Below, piece after piece: positions 61,351 to 64,000 of a stretch of 64,000 nucleotides of DNA (position 1 is the stretch's first letter; each line of letters begins with the position of its first letter). The notes below the pieces were generated by a model. It had not been told where the DNA came from. It saw only the letters and a program-made list of their open reading frames with translations, and ran no database searches. A program made the position numbers and the translations under genes. The stretch comes from an uncultured Chloroflexia bacterium (GTDB lineage: Bacteria; Chloroflexota; Limnocylindria; Limnocylindrales; CSP1-4), in contig CAVPPB010000001.1 of the NCBI GenBank assembly GCA_963707215.1, positions 576,001-640,000 on the forward strand, in the 5' to 3' direction.

Positions 61351-63471
61351 ATGCCCGATCAGCCACGCCCGGTGAGGGTCTGGGCCGGCCAGCCCTACCC
61401 GCTCGGGGCGATGTGGGACGGGCTCGGCACCAACTTCGCGGTCTTCTCGGAGGTGGCCGAACGGGTCGAGCTCTGCCTGTTCGACGAGTCCGGCGGGGAG
61501 ACGCGGATCGACCTCCCCGAGGTCACCGGCTACGCCTGGCACGGCTACCTTCCGTCGGTCGGGCCAGGCCAGCGATACGGCTATCGGGTTCACGGGCCGT
61601 GGGACCCGGGGAGCGGCCGGCGCTGCAATCCCCAGATGCTCCTCCTCGATCCCTATGCCCGGGCGATCGAGGGTGACGTCCGCTGGGACCCGGCGGTCTT
61701 CGCCCAGCGGCTCGACGACCCGCGGGCGCTGGAGGCGACCGACAGCGGGCCGTTCGTGCCGCGCTCGATCGTCGTCGATCCCCACTTCGACTGGGGCGAC
61801 GACCGCCGGCCGAACCGGCCGGAGAACGAGACGGTCATCTACGAGACCCACGTCAAGGGCCTGACGATGCGCCACCCGGAGGTCCCGCCGGAGCTCCGGG
61901 GCACGTACGCCGGGCTCGCCCATCCGGCCGTCATCAGGCATCTCGTCGAGCTCGGGGTCACCGCGGTCGAGCTCCTGCCGATCCACGAGTTCGTCCATGA
62001 CGGCCACCTGCTCGACCGCGGGCTGCGCAACTACTGGGGCTACAACTCGATCGGCTTCTTCGCGCCCCACCACGAGTACTCGGCGAGCGGCGCCGGTGGC
62101 GGCCAGGTCGACGAGTTCAAGGCCATGGTCAGGACCCTCCACGCCGCCGGGATCGAGGTGATCCTCGACGTCGTCTACAACCACACCGGCGAGGGCAACC
62201 ACCAGGGACCCACGCTCTGCTTCCGGGGCCTCGACAACGCCGCGTACTACCGCCTTATGCCCGACGACCCGCGCTACTACATGGACTACACGGGGACCGG
62301 CAACACCCTCAACGTCCGCAACCCGCACGTCCTGCAGCTGATCATGGACAGCCTGCGCTACTGGGTCGAGGAGATGCACGTCGACGGGTTCCGCTTCGAC
62401 CTGGCCGCGGCCCTGGCGCGGGAGCTCCACGCGGTCGACCGCCTGTCGGCCTTCTTCGACCTCATCCAGCAGGACCCCACGGTCCGCCAGGTGAAGCTCA
62501 TCGCCGAGCCCTGGGACGTCGGTGACGGCGGCTACCAGGTCGGCAACTTCCCGGTCCACTGGGCCGAGTGGAACGGCCGCTTCCGGGACACCGTCCGCGA
62601 CTTCTGGCGGGGCGTCCCCGAGTCCCTCTCCGACCTGGGCTACCGCCTGACCGGCTCGTCCGACCTCTACCTCACGACGGGACGGCGGCCCTACGCCAGC
62701 ATCAATCTCATCACCGCCCATGACGGCTTCACCCTGGCCGACCTGACGGCCTACGACCACAAGCACAACGAGGCCAACGGCGAGGGGAACCGCGACGGCG
62801 AGTCCCACAACCGGTCCTGGAACTGCGGCGTCGAGGGACCGACCGACGATCCGGCGGTCCTGGAGCTGCGGACGCGCCAGCGCCGCAACCTGCTGACGAC
62901 GCTGTTCCTCTCGCAGGGCGTGCCGATGCTGCTCGGCGGGGACGAGATCGGCCGGACCCAGGGCGGCAACAACAACGGCTACTGTCAGGACAGCGAGATC
63001 TCCTGGTACGCCTGGGAGGACGCCGACGCCGAACTGCTCGACTTCACCCGGCGTCTGATCCGGTTCCAGCGCGAGCACCCGGTCTTCCGACGGCGACGCT
63101 GGTTCCAGGACCGCCCGATCCATGGCGAGGGCGCCGGCGACATCGAGTGGCTCTCGCCGGAAGGGGGCGCGATGTCCGACCACGACTGGGGCGGCGGCGC
63201 CTTCAGCTCCCTGGGCCTCTTCCTGTCGGGCGAGGCCCTCAAGGGACTGGATGGCGAGCCGGTCCGGGACGACTCCTTCCTGCTGCTCTTCAACGCCCAC
63301 TGGGAGGACGCCCGGTTCCGGCTGCCCAGCGGGCGGCTGGGGGCCCGGTGGCAGGTCGTTCTCGACACGGCGGCCCGGCGCCCGTTCCCGGCTCGCGGCC
63401 GGGTGGTCGCCGCCGGCCGACGGCTGGCCCTGGCGAGCCGCTCCACGATGGTGCTCCGCCGTGTCGACTGA
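61351..63471 (+). CDS. glgX: Glycogen debranching enzyme GlgX/TreX (GH13)
   Basis: [48 protein letters not shown]. Confidence 0.95.
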   Translation: MPDQPRPVRVWAGQPYPLGAMWDGLGTNFAVFSEVAERVELCLFDESGGETRIDLPEVTGYAWHGYLPSVGPGQRYGYRVHGPWDPGSGRRCNPQMLLLDPYARAIEGDVRWDPAVFAQRLDDPRALEATDSGPFVPRSIVVDPHFDWGDDRRPNRPENETVIYETHVKGLTMRHPEVPPELRGTYAGLAHPAVIRHLVELGVTAVELLPIHEFVHDGHLLDRGLRNYWGYNSIGFFAPHHEYSASGAGGGQVDEFKAMVRTLHAAGIEVILDVVYNHTGEGNHQGPTLCFRGLDNAAYYRLMPDDPRYYMDYTGTGNTLNVRNPHVLQLIMDSLRYWVEEMHVDGFRFDLAAALARELHAVDRLSAFFDLIQQDPTVRQVKLIAEPWDVGDGGYQVGNFPVHWAEWNGRFRDTVRDFWRGVPESLSDLGYRLTGSSDLYLTTGRRPYASINLITAHDGFTLADLTAYDHKHNEANGEGNRDGESHNRSWNCGVEGPTDDPAVLELRTRQRRNLLTTLFLSQGVPMLLGGDEIGRTQGGNNNGYCQDSEISWYAWEDADAELLDFTRRLIRFQREHPVFRRRRWFQDRPIHGEGAGDIEWLSPEGGAMSDHDWGGGAFSSLGLFLSGEALKGLDGEPVRDDSFLLLFNAHWEDARFRLPSGRLGARWQVVLDTAARRPFPARGRVVAAGRRLALASRSTMVLRRVD

Positions 63472-64000
63472 GGCGCCCGAGACGCACGAGCCGGCCGGCG
63501 CGTCGGTGGCGCAGGCCGACGCGGCACCACCGCGGCGGCGCCGCGATCGGGTCATCCCGACCGCCACCTACCGCCTCCAGCTCCGACCCGGCTTCGGCTT
63601 CGCCGAGGCCGCGGCCGTCGCGCCGTACCTGGCCCGCCTCGGCGTCAGCCACGTCTACTCGTCGCCATACCTCCAGCCGACCCCCGGCAGCATGCACGGC
63701 TATGACGTCGTCGACCCCCGCCGGGTCAACCGCGAGCTGGGTGGGAGCCGCGGCCACGGGCGCTTCTGCCGGGTGCTCGGCGACCTGGGTCTCGGCCAGG
63801 TCCTCGATATCGTGCCGAACCACATGGCCATCACCGGGCCCGAGAACCCGTGGTGGTGGGACGTCCTGGAGAACGGGCCGGCCAGCCGCTACGCGCGGAC
63901 GTTCGACGTGGACTGGGACCCGCCGGAGGCCTACCTTCGGAACCTCGTCCTCCTGCCGATCCTGGGCGACCACTACGGGCGGGTCCTGGAGGCCGGCGAG
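63461..64000 (+). CDS. treY: Malto-oligosyltrehalose synthase (partial, runs off the right edge)
   Basis: Manual translation: [51 protein letters not shown]. Confidence 0.92.
   Translation, partial: MSTEAPETHEPAGASVAQADAAPPRRRRDRVIPTATYRLQLRPGFGFAEAAAVAPYLARLGVSHVYSSPYLQPTPGSMHGYDVVDPRRVNRELGGSRGHGRFCRVLGDLGLGQVLDIVPNHMAITGPENPWWWDVLENGPASRYARTFDVDWDPPEAYLRNLVLLPILGDHYGRVLEAGE

Overview
Very GC-rich, gene-dense bacterial chromosome segment. Gene style suggests Chloroflexota (Ca. Limnocylindria-like) or Actinomycetota; this is inference only. I saw no CRISPR array, prophage, integrase or IS. From left to right: (1) 1-10.7 kb is a DosS/DosR-like hypoxia island. It holds a fused group-3b hydrogenase beta-gamma subunit gene, a cNMP-binding protein, a small eRF1-like protein, a cDPGS-like NTPase, a CoA transferase, a heme-GAF kinase with a NarL regulator, a two-domain multicopper oxidase and a USP. 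Repeated GGGAC-N4-GTCCC-like boxes sit in its intergenic gaps. (2) An omega-amino-acid/dicarboxylate catabolism cluster. (3) fabI and a Fur/Nur-type regulator divergent from an ECF Ni/Co importer; the Q subunit lacks a canonical start codon. (4) An ABC exporter with a two-component system, then an orphan gltB. (5) An uncharacterised SDR/FAD oxidoreductase/PTE/MetE-like/MBL/aldolase cluster. (6) A divergent ferrochelatase, RPH-like kinase, Mut7-C RNase and tRNA-Gly. (7) A glycogen/trehalose cluster containing a GntR regulator with tandem palindromic operators. Many genes look leaderless. All calls come from motif recognition by eye; no searches were run.
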